A stretch of 64,000 nucleotides of DNA. Origin: Camelus ferus. Lineage: Eukaryota. The position numbers were made by a program, and so were the translations under genes. The stretch is taken from assembly GCF_009834535.1 (NCBI RefSeq), contig NC_045696.1, positions 31,994,001-32,058,000 on the forward strand. The letters run 5' to 3'. A model generated the notes under the pieces. That model was given only the letters and a program-made list of their open reading frames with translations. It was not told where the DNA came from and searched no databases. Positions 27,306 through 39,795 of the stretch are shown in pieces (position 1 is the stretch's first letter; each line of letters opens with the position of its first letter).

Positions 27306-27780
27306 CTAAAGGACACCTGTGAACCCAATTTAATTTTTGCTTTGTTTCCTACTCTCTGACAAATAGGCATTTTTGTTTGTGAATAGGTCTGACTTTCAAA
27401 TTTGATTAACACATAACGAAGGCTAAAATGCATATGCTTTAAACTTGTTTGAGCTCAACTCCTACACTCCAAGGCCAAAAAAAAGTCCATGATAATAGGC
27501 CTCAGGGAGGCCAAGGTGAAAGAGGCCTGCTCCTGATGTAAAGAAGATACCACAGCAAAACCCTGTGCACTAAGGGCCAATTGTCTTTTTAGACATGAAC
27601 TAAGCAGTGGTATAGGATACAGCCTAACTCAAACTGCAAAGAGGCTGATGAGGGTTACCCTCTGCCTCATATACTTTCTTGATACCTTTAGAGCTATAAC
27701 CATAAATCCTTCTAAAACAAAGACATTTCAGTTTTCTTTCAGTTCTAATGGTGAAAATTTCACATTTTGAATTGAAAAAT
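27306..27780 (-). pseudogene. EBLN: EBLN remnant (bornavirus nucleoprotein, C-terminal part)
   Basis: Blocks, ours ~ BoDV-1 N: LEGFMV/GYSSKGIKK ~ LIGVVIGSSSKIK; GNPHQ ~ FNPHE; FAVVSSLHQEQA/GLFHLG ~ [34 protein letters not shown] ~ APRSFPNLASAAFYW; FKAYAF*PSLCV ~ YRASTIQPGASV; AYLSESRKQSKN*IGFTGVL* ~ [20 protein letters not shown] (gapless, stop at the same position, TAG 27308-27306). Confidence 0.85.
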
Positions 27781-28862
27781 TTAATTCTCAGCAAAACAGA
27801 AGATGTAAGAATATAAAATGCACTACTAAGTAAGTTTATTTACTAATAAATAAGTCACAAGGAAAATATCTACCATTCATCTAAGTAAATCTGTTTGTTA
27901 CTCATAACTTTTTTGTAAATATTTTAACACCTTCAGTAAGTTTCAGTAGTCTTTGTATGAGAAGTAAATTTACTATTAAGTGACAAATATTATGTAGAAT
28001 ATTGTCCCATGTCTATTGAAGCTATTCTTTAAAATATCCAGCCTCAAATCAGTAGAATATGTCCCAGTACTAAGCACCTTAGGTAAGTTAAGTAATGTAA
28101 TCATCAAAACAAATCCATGAAGTAGGCTTTATAATTGTATTATCCATTTTATAGGTGGTAAAAATTATAAGAAATAAATTAATTCAAACTTCCAAAATCA
28201 CAAAGGTAATCTGTACCATAGATAGGATTTTATGAGCCCATACATTATAGCTTTAAAAAAGGATAAAATAAAATGTGAAATGGTAATTGAAAACATTAGT
28301 TGCTTTATATAATACTTATATGGATAGACTTAATGCCTTCTTTTATATATATAACATTTAATATTTGTAGTGAAATAACATGTGTAATATCTTAATGTAT
28401 ATTTTCATGTATACAGTGTGTAAATCATTTGACCCAGAAATTTTACTTTTATAAGTAAAACCCAAATGAAAATATTTAGAGATTATGCATTATATGCAGG
28501 TATTATATTATTAACTATACTGCAATCATAATAAAAGCAAATTAGAAACCAACTAAATGTCCCTCACCAAGAGATTATAAAGCAAATCATGGTATACCTA
28601 TATGCAGATTTGGTAATTAAATTTTGGGAGAATTTTTAATAACATTGGAAAATGTTAATTATGTAAAATTAAATATACTGGATTCAAATATTTATAATCC
28701 GTATATTCATTTAGTTGTTTGTTATCTTTGATGATCACTATTTATCAGGCAGTATTCTAATAAAAGGTGGAGATACAATGTTAACCAAAACAAATGAAAT
28801 CCCTGCCCTTTTGGATGTCTATCATCCACCTATTCATCTACCTACCTACCTACCTATCCAGC

Positions 28863-29595
28863 TGTATCAGTCAGTTATTACTGTGTAACAAACTAGTCCA
28901 AAACTCAATGACATAAGATAACTACTTGCTATAGGGGAGATTAGAGGTGACTGGAAGTGTGAGGAGGAAGGGAAGACTTCCTTCCCTGTGTGTATTCCCA
29001 GCAATATTAATTAACTTTGTATTAGCAGTTGATTACAGAGTGCATTTGCTGAAATTCCTAAAGCTGGCCTCTCTGTGCCTATTCATAGGCACCAGAAACA
29101 GCTAGTGAAAGTCCTCTCTTCAGAAGTCTATGCTCTACCACTAGTGGGGTCCCTCTTTTGAACTCCAAGGACATCATTATCAGATAAGTATTGCCCCTTC
29201 CTTAAGGTTTGTACACAAGCCCTACAGAGTCCCTGTTCAGAGGCTCTGAGGCACCAGAACCAACCATCTCAGAAGTCTGGACTCCACATTCATGAGATCT
29301 TTCTTTTAAACTTTTACCTTTAGCAATCTCAATCTTTCTGTTTCATCTTCAGCCTTAGGGATGGTAACTGCTTTCCCACAGCTATTATCTCCATGATAAA
29401 GCAGTATTTCCCTTTGCCTTTTAAGTAGTTAATTTGCCTCCAATAGCTAGTTATTAAGATTAATTTACACTAAATTATCTGTTAAAATAATTGGTGTGGT
29501 TTATGTTTTCTAACTAGATTCCAATTCACATTCCATTGACCAAAGTAAATCACATCACAAACAAATCTCAGTATCTGTGGAGCAGGACTATACAT
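28863..29595. mobile_element. MLT1-like LTR interrupted by an ERVL-type (LTR33/LTR40-like) LTR
   Basis: tgtatcagtcagttattactgtgtaacaaac (MLT1 terminus); insert ~28925-29525 ending ctgttaaaataattggtgtggtttatgttttc; MLT1 resumes at cacattccattgaccaaagtaaatcaca. Confidence 0.55.
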
Positions 29596-29779
29596 TAAAA
29601 CTATCACATTATAATCTATCTACCAATCTATTTTCTTCTGGTATTATTTTTTCATCTTTGTGTATCCTGAGAAGAAAATAATTGAAATTAGGTTTTGTAT
29701 TATTGAAGGGAATAATTCAACATATCCATGGGTTTTGTATTTTCTCTATTTTCCATTTGTCTAAACTTATTATGATAGT

Positions 29780-29995
29780 AACAATAACATATTTATTAAA
29801 GGCTTACCAAGTGCAGGCACTGATGTCTGATCCTTATAACAATCTTATGAAGTAGATACTCATTACTCCTAGTCTGAAAATAAGAAAGCTGAGTTTGAGA
29901 GATGTTTATTAGTCCAAGGTCCCACATTTTTTATGTGGTATAGCCAGGCTTCAGAAACAATGATGTGTTGGCACAACTGATGTGTTTAACCACTG
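29780..29995 (-). mobile_element. MIR SINE
   Basis: catatttattaaaggcttaccaagtgcaggcactg..aaataagaaagctgag..gtccaaggtcccaca. Confidence 0.7.
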
Positions 29996-30246
29996 CAAAA
30001 CACTGCTTCAAAAGGAACTCTACTGGAGGTAGCAGTCACTTGATTTTAAATGTCCATCTAATCCTTCAGATAATTACACATTTATACATATTTAGAAATG
30101 ATTTTTTTTATAAAAAACATCTGTGTTGATTTCCTGTCTCTGGTATACAGAAAATCATTTGTTTTCCTGTGTACCAGAGAGTACAGGGGGACATGCACCG
30201 AATTATTTACTGAATCCTCATAGTGAGTGATAAATATCTATTCATG

Positions 30247-30250
30247 TATG

Positions 30251-30278
<28 letters not shown>
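30247..30278. repeat. (GT)n microsatellite
   Basis: Visible directly in the sequence. Confidence 0.95.
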
Positions 30279-30281
<3 letters not shown>

Positions 30282-32649
30282 CAATGGACTCTTTCAAGCA
30301 TGTACTATTAAAAAAAATCTTTGATAATCACAAGATGTTTCTCATGATTATGATTTTAGACAAGTTTTGTAAAGTTTCAACTTAGACAATATTCAAAATA
30401 TAAATACGTTGCAAATTTCCATGTGCTAAATAATCATGACACAAACAGAATTCAAGAAAATTTTGTGTGGAGGTAGAGGGAATTAAATGAGTTATAAGCT
30501 TTATTAAGCATAAACCTATCATTGACTCTCCTTTTCTTTACACCACATTAGGTTTTTACTTTTATTTTTCCTTCCTAAGGTCAATATATCTTGGTGATTA
30601 CTCTGTATGTGTGCATGTGTGCATATGTGTGTTTGTACACGCATGCGTGTGTGTGTGTGTTTGATCACCAAAGGTTTGCTTTTTGTCATTTTGTAATGTC
30701 AAGTGAAAGCAAAATGACAGTCCCAGACAAACTATTCTATGTGTACCAGAGAGTCCACAGGAACTGGCATCGACTTATTCACTGAATCCTCACAGTGAGT
30801 GACATAAATCAAAACTCCCCATGACAGTAGAGAAAGGCCAGTACATTTGGGCAGAAAAATGATATAGGTATGGCTTTCAGAGAATAAGAGGAGCTTCTTT
30901 CTGTGGTGCCATCCACAGTTACTGCAAGGAGCTTGAAAGTCTGATGTTTCATGATGCCTTACAAGTTATAAGGACCTCTTATAATGCTAACTGAGTTGAT
31001 GATGGGAACTGAATACTTATAATGAACTGATGAACAGGTCGGTTTACATGTACCTCTTATGATAGAAATAGGTAGCGTGACATAATTTTTGCTGTAATTA
31101 ATGACTGCTATTCCCAAGAATGCATGATGCTTTTTCTTAAAGGGAAAAGATAATAAAGTCAATGCCTTGCCAAAAATGTAGTATTTTCCCATTAATTAAT
31201 GTAAATAAAACTTATCTTGTGAACTACTATGTACGGAACACTGTGTATAAAGTATCATAGAAGAAACAATTGTAAATAAGATATCATCTTTCCCTCATGG
31301 TAAAAAAAAGGTTAAAAATTATTAAACTGTATAGAGTAGATCAGAGTCCTAAATAAGCATAAAATGCTATAAAGACTCAAAACATGGGGAAACTACATTT
31401 ATTTGGTTGTAATTCTGGGTAAAGATTTTCTTTTTCTGTTTTGGGCACAGAAAGGCACATAGAAATAGCATAATTGTGTCTGACAGGATATCACAACATC
31501 ACTGGTCTTTAGTCAGTCTGAACAACTTTATACATGGGTAATTGCCCAGTGTTCACTTCAAAAATGTGCATTTACAGCATTATCAGGTAACTCACACTTA
31601 TTTCAAGTTATTCCTGTATAATATCTAATAATAAGGAACATGAAGTATTAAATTTTGAGGTAAACTGAATGAATGAGTTCTAGGAATTTTTAGATAACTT
31701 CAGTGGGTTACAGTTCATTCTGCTTTATCTTATCCCTTATCCCGAGATTCCCATGAAATCACTTGGAAATCTTGTAGGAATTTTGGATCACTCTAATTAG
31801 TCAAAAAGGACTCTCATTCCCTAAAGCAACTTCAGCTCCAAATTAACTTGCCGCCACAGTTTTAGCTGGGGCCATGTACCCAAAACCATATTTCTGGATC
31901 AGTCTGGTTTATGGCAGTTTTCTGGCATAACAATCTATACTGTGCTAAAAAATAAATAATAAGTGAAGAAGAAATTATAAAATGTATATTTTGCCTGCTT
32001 CAGCCCATATCATATTCTTTTAGAATTGAACATTATGTGCCCCTGGTTGAAAGAGAGGGTCTGAGAGCAATGTCAAACCTCATAATCCTCTGTTTGTACA
32101 ATCATAGCTATTGTTTTAAATGCGACCATATGGTCCACGGGACATTCTTTAATTGTTAATCAACAACCAATGCAGATGTCTCTTTTGAGAAGTTGAACTA
32201 AATAGTGCTCACACATCGAGTTAGTAAATTTGTAGCTAAGATCTCATTAGTAACAAAATGTCACAACGAGAGTCTAATAATTTATTTTGCCAAAACTCTC
32301 ACAATTGCCCTGTATCACACTTTTCCTGAGGCTTGTTTTGGGGTTCTTACTTACAATAAATTTCCCCTTTTTTGAGTTAGTTGGTACCAGTGTCCCAAAA
32401 ATAAATTCATCATAGTAAAAATAATCAACAAGTGAAGAAAACAGCTTCAGCTATAAAAATAGATAGTTTAACTTATTATTTACATGATCCTTAGCAGCTA
32501 TATGTATTAAATTTATTGGATTAGGGTTGAAATATCAAAAGAAGTTATAAGCACTGGTATCTCTTGAAATAAAGAATAAAGACATATATAATTTTATATG
32601 AGTATGTTTAATGTTTTTGTGCTATCTTACTTCTTGGATTTTAATGTAA

Positions 32650-34784
32650 TAATAATTTGTCACCTCTAGTGGAATATGGGATACTGGTAGTTCCTGGAAT
32701 GTCACAACAAAAGTTTCATCAACTGATAGCAGCCTGGAATAAGGTATCTATGAAAGATAATGGTTTTAAGTCATCAAATAACTGCTGTACTCTATTTCTG
32801 TGGTAGGAATGATGATTATACATACACTAAATTTCTCTTCTGACAGCGCTAGAGAGTTAACAGCAATAAAATGACAAATTAAGGCCTTCAAATCTCAGTT
32901 TGTGGCACAAAGAATAGGCTGGTATGGTTTCTCTGAAAGCATGTTTTATCTCATAACAAAAGAGCCCACATTCCTCAAATAGTACCCAAAGTCTGATTCT
33001 GCAAGACAGAATTACAAACAAGTTGAATCCAGATCTCTCAAGGTCTTTTGTTGATTTGGGAAATAGTAATATCCTGAAGATCATACTGGGACATTTGGGA
33101 GGATTTGGAAGAATCTGAATACACTGAATACTCAAATCTTACTGACCCTTCCCTTCCAGTTCCTTTTCTTCTGTCTGGGGAGATTCTACTCCTTTTATTT
33201 GAAGGTCCTGTATTGTCTTCATCTGAAACAATCACTATCCTTTATGATATCCATTTTATCAATTATGATCACTTCCAAAACTATAATTAGAATTAGATTC
33301 AAGAATACCTGAATGGAATGAGTCCATACTATGAACTTGGAGGAGACAGCATTTATACAAAAAGCAGAGAAAGGTTTTGATACTTTATATCAGCCAAAAT
33401 ATAGGGTCATATGGATAGAAATTAATTCCTAAGATCCAAAAATCAAAGAGAAAAATTAAAGTGGGCTGATTTCACAATATATGTACACTTACTAGAGATA
33501 ATTGATTAAATCTCATTGGCTTATTTTGTTGGGTTGGATAATCAAAACCTAACCTAAATAGTAGCCTATTTTAAATGAATTTGAAGTGCTATAATTTTCT
33601 TGATATAATGCCCATGAGTAAATCCCAAGTCTAAAAGATGTAGGGATGTTGTAATGGATTTATCTTTTGTGATATCTCTTGAGAGGTCCTCAGAGGACAT
33701 TCATACATTTATGTCACCAAAGATTGAAAACTTCTTCGTAGAAGAAGCACTAGTGTTGTTGAAGAGTTCTGCATTAGATGGCTTTTTTAGGCAGGGGATA
33801 ACAAGGGGAGAACAGACTTCCTGTGACTGATGAGAGTGCCAGTATTCCAGATTAGGAGAAGCCAAACCATAACCCTTAATTGTTAGTGATTTAACAACCA
33901 GTGTGGTTACTGAAATGTGCAGCAGACCTGGTACAGTAATAATAATAATAATTTTCATTTTAGGCACCTCTGGTAGTAGTATCATATTGATCATGGAGAT
34001 TCTAGCAGGGAAATAAATGAGCACCATACTGAAATGTCATGTCATATTTTTAAAATGAAGATGAAACAAAACAGAAAAACCTCTATCTGGAGACCTTATT
34101 CGAGTTATATTGGAGAAGGAAGTTCTTTTGGTCATAGACATAGAATCCTTAAATTCAGGGTAGGCTGAATCCCTGGATAAAAGACCCTACAACACTGCCA
34201 CAAGTTTATATTATAACTTATTTTTCTCATTATTAGCAAAAAAAAAAAGCATGTTGCTTTATTTTTTTAAAAAAACATGTACTACTGTGACCTATTCTGT
34301 AAGGTTGCTAGTTTTGACTTGAGTGCAGAACAAAATAAGGCTGAATAAGCTAGCTGCTCCTCCAGTTAGTCTGTGATTCTGTAAATCTAACAATACATAA
34401 CGTGTCTGTACAAATAGGGATATCCAAGGAACCCTCCAATAATTCATACAAGGAGAAAAACAAACTTCTAGGAACAAAGTCATGTCTTTTTCTGTGAACA
34501 ATTACTTTGATTTTTAAAAAGACCTCCAACTTTGCTAAGGGACCCTTAGTAGAAACTGAATGAGGCATCTGACCTAAGAACCGTTTGTTCTCAACTATGC
34601 AGCACGATTAGCTATTATAGGATCCATAAATCCCTAGAATCAGGCTTTTGCAGATTCTGATACCATGAATAAGTTCCATGATCAGGTAGCTTCAACTCTC
34701 ATGGGGCCTAATTCTAAAGAATTGCCTCCTCTCCTTCAGTTCATATCTATAGCATGATAAGGAATTTCATAGAAACAGTGGGAG

Positions 34785-34841
<57 letters not shown>

Positions 34842-36190
34842 TGTAAAGATATTTATTAATTTTTATAAGGAATTGTATCCTGTGATTATGGAGGCCATGA
34901 AGACCCAAGACCTGCAGTTGGCAAATTGGAGAACCAGAAGAACTGATAGTGTAGTTCCAGTCTGAGAGCCAGTAAGCTTGAGATCCAAGCAGAGCTGAGG
35001 TTTTAGTTAGAGGCTGAAGATAGGAAGATATTGATGTTCCTGCTTTATCAGTCAGGCAGGAGTTTCACTCATTCATAAGAGGGTCAGCCTTTTTGTTCCA
35101 TTCAGGCCTTTAATGGATTAGATGAGGCCCACCTGCATTCAGGAAGGGCAATCTGCTTTACTCATTCTGCTGATTCAAATGTTAATCTCATCCACAATCA
35201 CCCTCACAGAAACACTCAGACTAATGTTTGACCAAGTCTCTAGGTATCCCTCAGTCCAGTTGACATGTCAAGTTAATCATCATAAACCTGAAGGACAATA
35301 GTGAAGGAAAAGTCTCTTGTCATGCTGAACATGACACCTGGTTGTTCACTTTGCTTGGAAAAGGAGTTGGCTGGAGGTACAGATATACATCAATTCTTGG
35401 ACATGAGCAATCAGTGCTCTGGCTAATGATTTATCTATCCAGTGGCAAGAAACTTAGAAGCAGTGCAGTTTAAAAATTAGGGAAATGTTTTTTTAAGAAA
35501 ATTAAGGATGAATGCGTAAGAATTGGCAAAGAATGTAAAGATATTTGTTCCTTATGTAAATGTTTTCAAAAGCATAGTTTTGTGGAGGAGACTTGCAATA
35601 ATCAAGTAAGAGAGGATTTCTCATTTTGTGGATGTCAGTCAGCCTCTCTACCTGTCACGTAGTGCTTACTCAGTAGACTCATTAACAAACTGAAAACAGA
35701 TGCTGGTATAGAACTGACTTAGCCTCAAATACATAGGCTTCTCCTCACACAGGTAAATCTGGCTACCTCCACCGCTTAATGACCAAATGCCTACAGTGAA
35801 GATCAACTAGGAACCCTACATATAGCATATGTTCCTGTAGAGAAGAGTGGCAATAAGTTCTGGTGGAAGTTTAGTGAATTTCAATCCTTTGAATCACAGA
35901 GGGGGCAGCAATTTTTTCCCATTGGTATTGCCACTTACTTTAGATAAGTATTTCTATGTTCTGCCTTCATTCTCATCCATGGACTTACAGAATGCATTGT
36001 TTGCTGCCATGATATCCCACACTATGTTCCTTCTGATCAAGGCATTCACTTTATAGCAAAGGAGTGAAGCAATAGACACATAACCCAGGGGAGTCACTCA
36101 CCCTACTCTGTACTTCATCACCCTGAGGCTGTTGATCCAGTATATAGTGGAATGGCTTATATAAGACTTAATTATGGTATTTTCTGTATA
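32650..36190 (+). mobile_element. Degraded ERVL-class internal region (gag/pol-derived), split by an MLT2 LTR
   Basis: ERVL-int-like motifs (atgggatactggtagttcc; tgggctgatttcac; taggattcccatg-like region; cctttatgtaaatg-like pol/integrase region; gatatcccacactatgttccttctgatcaaggcattcactttatagcaaagg). No intact ORF. Confidence 0.6.
34770..35283 (-). mobile_element. MLT2 (ERVL) LTR with internal (AT)n
   Basis: ataaggaattg..tgattatggaggc; ggattagatgaggcccacc; aatgttaatctcatcc; cagtccagttgaca..aatcatca. (AT)n at 34788-34836. Confidence 0.85.
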
Positions 36191-36224
36191 GCAACACTTG
36201 CTGAAATTGGAGAAATATTTTTGA

Positions 36225-36725
36225 GTCTGTTTCCATTTTGTAAGTGTTTGTCTTTTTTTTAGATTCCACATATAAGTGATATCATATGGTATTTTTCTTT
36301 CTCTTTCTGGGTTACCTTCACTAGAATGGCAATCTTCAAGTCCATCCATGTTGCTGCAAATAGCATTATTTTATTTTTTATGTCTGAGTAGTATTCCATT
36401 GTTAAATATACCACAGCTTCTTTATCTAGTCATCTGTCAATGGACATTTAGGTTGTTTCCATGTCTTGCCTATTGTAAATAGTGCTGCTATGAACATTGG
36501 GGTGCAAGTATCATTTTGAATTAAGGTTCCCTCTGGATGTATACCCAAGAGTGGGATTGCTGGATCATATAGTAAGTCTATTTTTAGTCTTTTAAGGCAT
36601 CTCCATACTGTTTTCCATAAAAGCTGCACCAGACTGCATTCCTACCAACAGTATAGGAGGGTTCCCTTTTCTCCAGGGCCTCATTTCTGGATTTTTGAAT
36701 GATGGCCATTCTGACTGATGTGAGG
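36225..36725 (-). mobile_element. LINE-1 3' fragment
   Basis: ORF 36426-36629 [36 protein letters not shown]. Confidence 0.95.
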
Positions 36726-37026
36726 ATCAATTGCCTTTTTTAAACCCTTTCTCTTTTCCACTAAACTTTATACAAAGTATCTTGATGAAGGTGACTTTTA
36801 TTATTTATTCTTTATTTTATAGGACATAGAAGGGGATCTGTGATTGAACAGGGAAAGGAATAAACACCATCTAGTGCTGTATATAGGGCTTAATGAGAAT
36901 TTGGAGAAAGAGCAAACACGTTAGTCTCATCATGCTAGATGGTCATGTGAATTTGTTGCCATTGTTTGGGAGATAAACTTGAGTAGAAGGCTATGTATTG
37001 GTGCTGAGGAACCAAAGAAGAGGATT

Positions 37027-37510
37027 GTGTCAGACTGATTGCCGGTACTCACAACCATGCTCACCACCTTCTATGCTCTCTCCTATAGTTCAGAAACTGA
37101 TGTCTGGGAAACAAATTTCCCAGAATGCTTTGTGGCAGGACTTTGGTTTAGATTATAATAACGTGAATGACTCTTATTAGATCTGGAAGGTAGAAGTGAA
37201 ACACAGCCCTGTTCTTCCTCTTGCAACAGCAGGCAAAAGCATGGATACGGAGAATGGGAGATTTTTTAGTGTCTGCTGTGTTTTGACGCTAAGAATCATT
37301 TTCTTTGGTGCTGCAGCCAGCACTGCAGTAACCATCAGCAGTGATTTCCTGTACCTTTGAGCTGAGTTGGAAATAGCAACTTCATAATTCGCCCAAAGCT
37401 AGCAGCAAATCTGAGATCTGTTGGTGGCTTTCCCTGACCTTTACTCCTCAGTCCTTTCAGCAGATTTGTAAGCACTTAATTTGCTGTGCTTAACTCCCTA
37501 TTGCTTGCAA
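37027..37510 (+). mobile_element. ERVL LTR (LTR33-like)
   Basis: TG start; ctgggaaacaaatttcccagaatgc; gatctggaaggtagaagtga; ttgtaagcacttaatt..actccctattgcttg. Confidence 0.6.
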
Positions 37511-37789
37511 AGTTTAAAGAGTTTTACGTTTTGGATAGAACTATCAATGATAAAAGGTTTTAATTTCAGTGAATGAGGATTTATAAAGATATGTAAAATA
37601 ATACTACATGGAATTCTATGTTTATTTAAATATGAATATGCATATGACAAAACAGTTGCACATATGTATATATAGGCTCTTAATATAATTAATATTAACA
37701 AATAAAAAGACAAACATTTAAAAAGAAATTTAAAAATAGTACTTATGAATTATATATGGTAACTGTTACCATTTGCTATTTTCTTTTCA

Positions 37790-39200
37790 GAAAACCCAAC
37801 TCTAAAAAAAAAAATGCCAAAAACAAAAACAAAGAAACAAAAAAGAGGACTAGGCAAAACATCTATGTAACATTACTGTAAGAAAATATGTTTGGGGAAG
37901 AGGAACAGCAAAAAATTCCCTATAGAGACATAAAAACATGAATGAAAACTGACACTTAGAATATAAAATTTTAACCCAACATTCCAGAATTAATTCAAAA
38001 ACATTAAGGAATCAATTACAACTTTTATGAAAGTCAGTTAAGAATTCAGGGAAGAAATGGCCAGTGAAGAGGAGGATAAATAGGAAGAAAGGAAACAGAA
38101 AAGTAGGGTTCACAGAGGAGTGAAATAAGAAAAAATATCAAAAGGAAACCAAATTAAAATTATTAGTGAATAGCTGTTGATAAGACAGAAACCAAAGATA
38201 CAACATATGCAGTGTTAAAATTGTGAAGGAGAAAATGAAAGCAATGGAACCTAGATACACTGAAATGTATCCTAGTATAGTTACTTGATTTATAAGGAAA
38301 GAATCTGGCTTCTAGGTGAAAAAGATTATGTCACTTATAAGGGAAAGGAAATCAGATAGGCAGATTAAAAATGAAGGTACAGACAATCAGTTTGGCTGAA
38401 ATATTCATTGCCATAAGACAATAGATCAATACGTAAGGGAAAAAGACGCAAGAGAAAAAATGTAGTATCGGGATCTTATATCCAACAAAGTTGCCTTCCA
38501 AGTATAAAGGACACAGACAAAACAGTATTGAATGTAAAATAACAACATATATTTTTCATAAGAACCCTTCTTGAAGAAAATCTACAGTCAGCTAAATAGT
38601 TATTGGGAAAACCCTGAAAAAGGACTAGTAGGGAGAATTTAGTATTTCAGCTAAAAATCAAGTTGACAAAAACCAAGGCAAGAATATGAATAATAAGATA
38701 TAAATGTTATATATCCTGATAATGTCAAAATGAATAAGTGAAAAAAATAAAAAGAAATTAATTTGGATATTGAAATAATCCTCTTTATTGTCTTATGTGC
38801 AGTAGCTTGCAAAGGGCATCTTTTATGACAAATGCAGTGATAAAAGTATGCAGATTTCATATAAAAATAAACACAAGGAAGAGAATATTATTAAAATGGA
38901 GTGGTGGAGAAGAGGGAGGGAATGAGGAAGAGAATGCAAGATTCCTTTTTTTCTCATAATAAGTAACTAAAAAAGAGGTGTCTAAGTGTTTTATATAAAA
39001 ATCTTATTATGAAGATAACCACTTAAAAAACTTTCCAAAATATCAGAAGATCCACCATGAAAGCAAACAAAAATATCACATAAAGTTTAAAATATATATA
39101 CACACACCCACAAATATATACACAAACATAAGCACAAATTTGTACAAAATCTGACCTAAAGCATCAAGTTACACTCAAAAAAAAGAACTGGGAGGAGGGG
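37790..39200 (+). mobile_element. Old L1 ORF1 / HAL1-like remnant
   Basis: A-rich ORF1-type motifs (gtcacttataagggaaaggaaatcagatagg; atcttatatccaacaaagttgccttccaagtataaagg). Confidence 0.55.
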
Positions 39201-39644
39201 CAGGAGGAGGGGAAAGAGGGATGAATAGTTCCATAAATATAGCTTATTATACTTGGGCTTTGATGAAGAGTAGGAAATAGTTCAATATTGCATTCACTTT
39301 CCAAGACTTATAGGGAAGTTTTTTTTATTGTAAATACTGTTAAATATATCCCCAGGCAAGTGCAGTGTTTGATACAGAATGATAGATATAATACAAGTAA
39401 ATACTGAAGGATATATATCAATGATGAGTTTGAGGAATTGAGCACATTTTATCCTAATATATTCTCTCGAGTATTGTTTAATAAGTAATCATTATCATAA
39501 AAATAAGAGTTATTGGATTAAGAAGGGCAGGGAGTTGTATATGATTATTTAGAAAAAGAGTGAGTGGTGGGAAAGTTTGGAGGTACGTTTATATTTTAAG
39601 TATTTTAACACATCTGACTGCAGAATCTATAATCTTTCTAACGG

Positions 39645-39795
39645 TTTACAATGCACTAGAATATTAGTCGCTCTATAAAGGCAAGGTATTTGCTTCTTTT
39701 TTTGTTTTGTTTTTATAGTTCATTGCTTTCTTCCTAGCACCTAACACCATACCTGATATATGGTAGGTGCTCGTTAACAGTTGCTGAATGAAAGA
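39645..39795 (+). mobile_element. L2 3' end
   Basis: cctagcacctaacaccatacctgatatatggtaggtgctc..gttgctgaatgaa. Confidence 0.7.

Larger units (their letters stand above)
24500..27780 (-). mobile_element. Endogenous bornavirus-like element (EBL), multi-gene N-(P)-M-G-L, degraded and internally deleted
   Basis: Minus-strand translation across stops and frameshifts gives collinear blocks resembling BoDV-1 N (27780-27306), M (27258-26960), G (26960-26720) and L (26720-24500). No L1, SINE or LTR signature is visible inside the block. Alignments are by eye. Confidence 0.85.
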
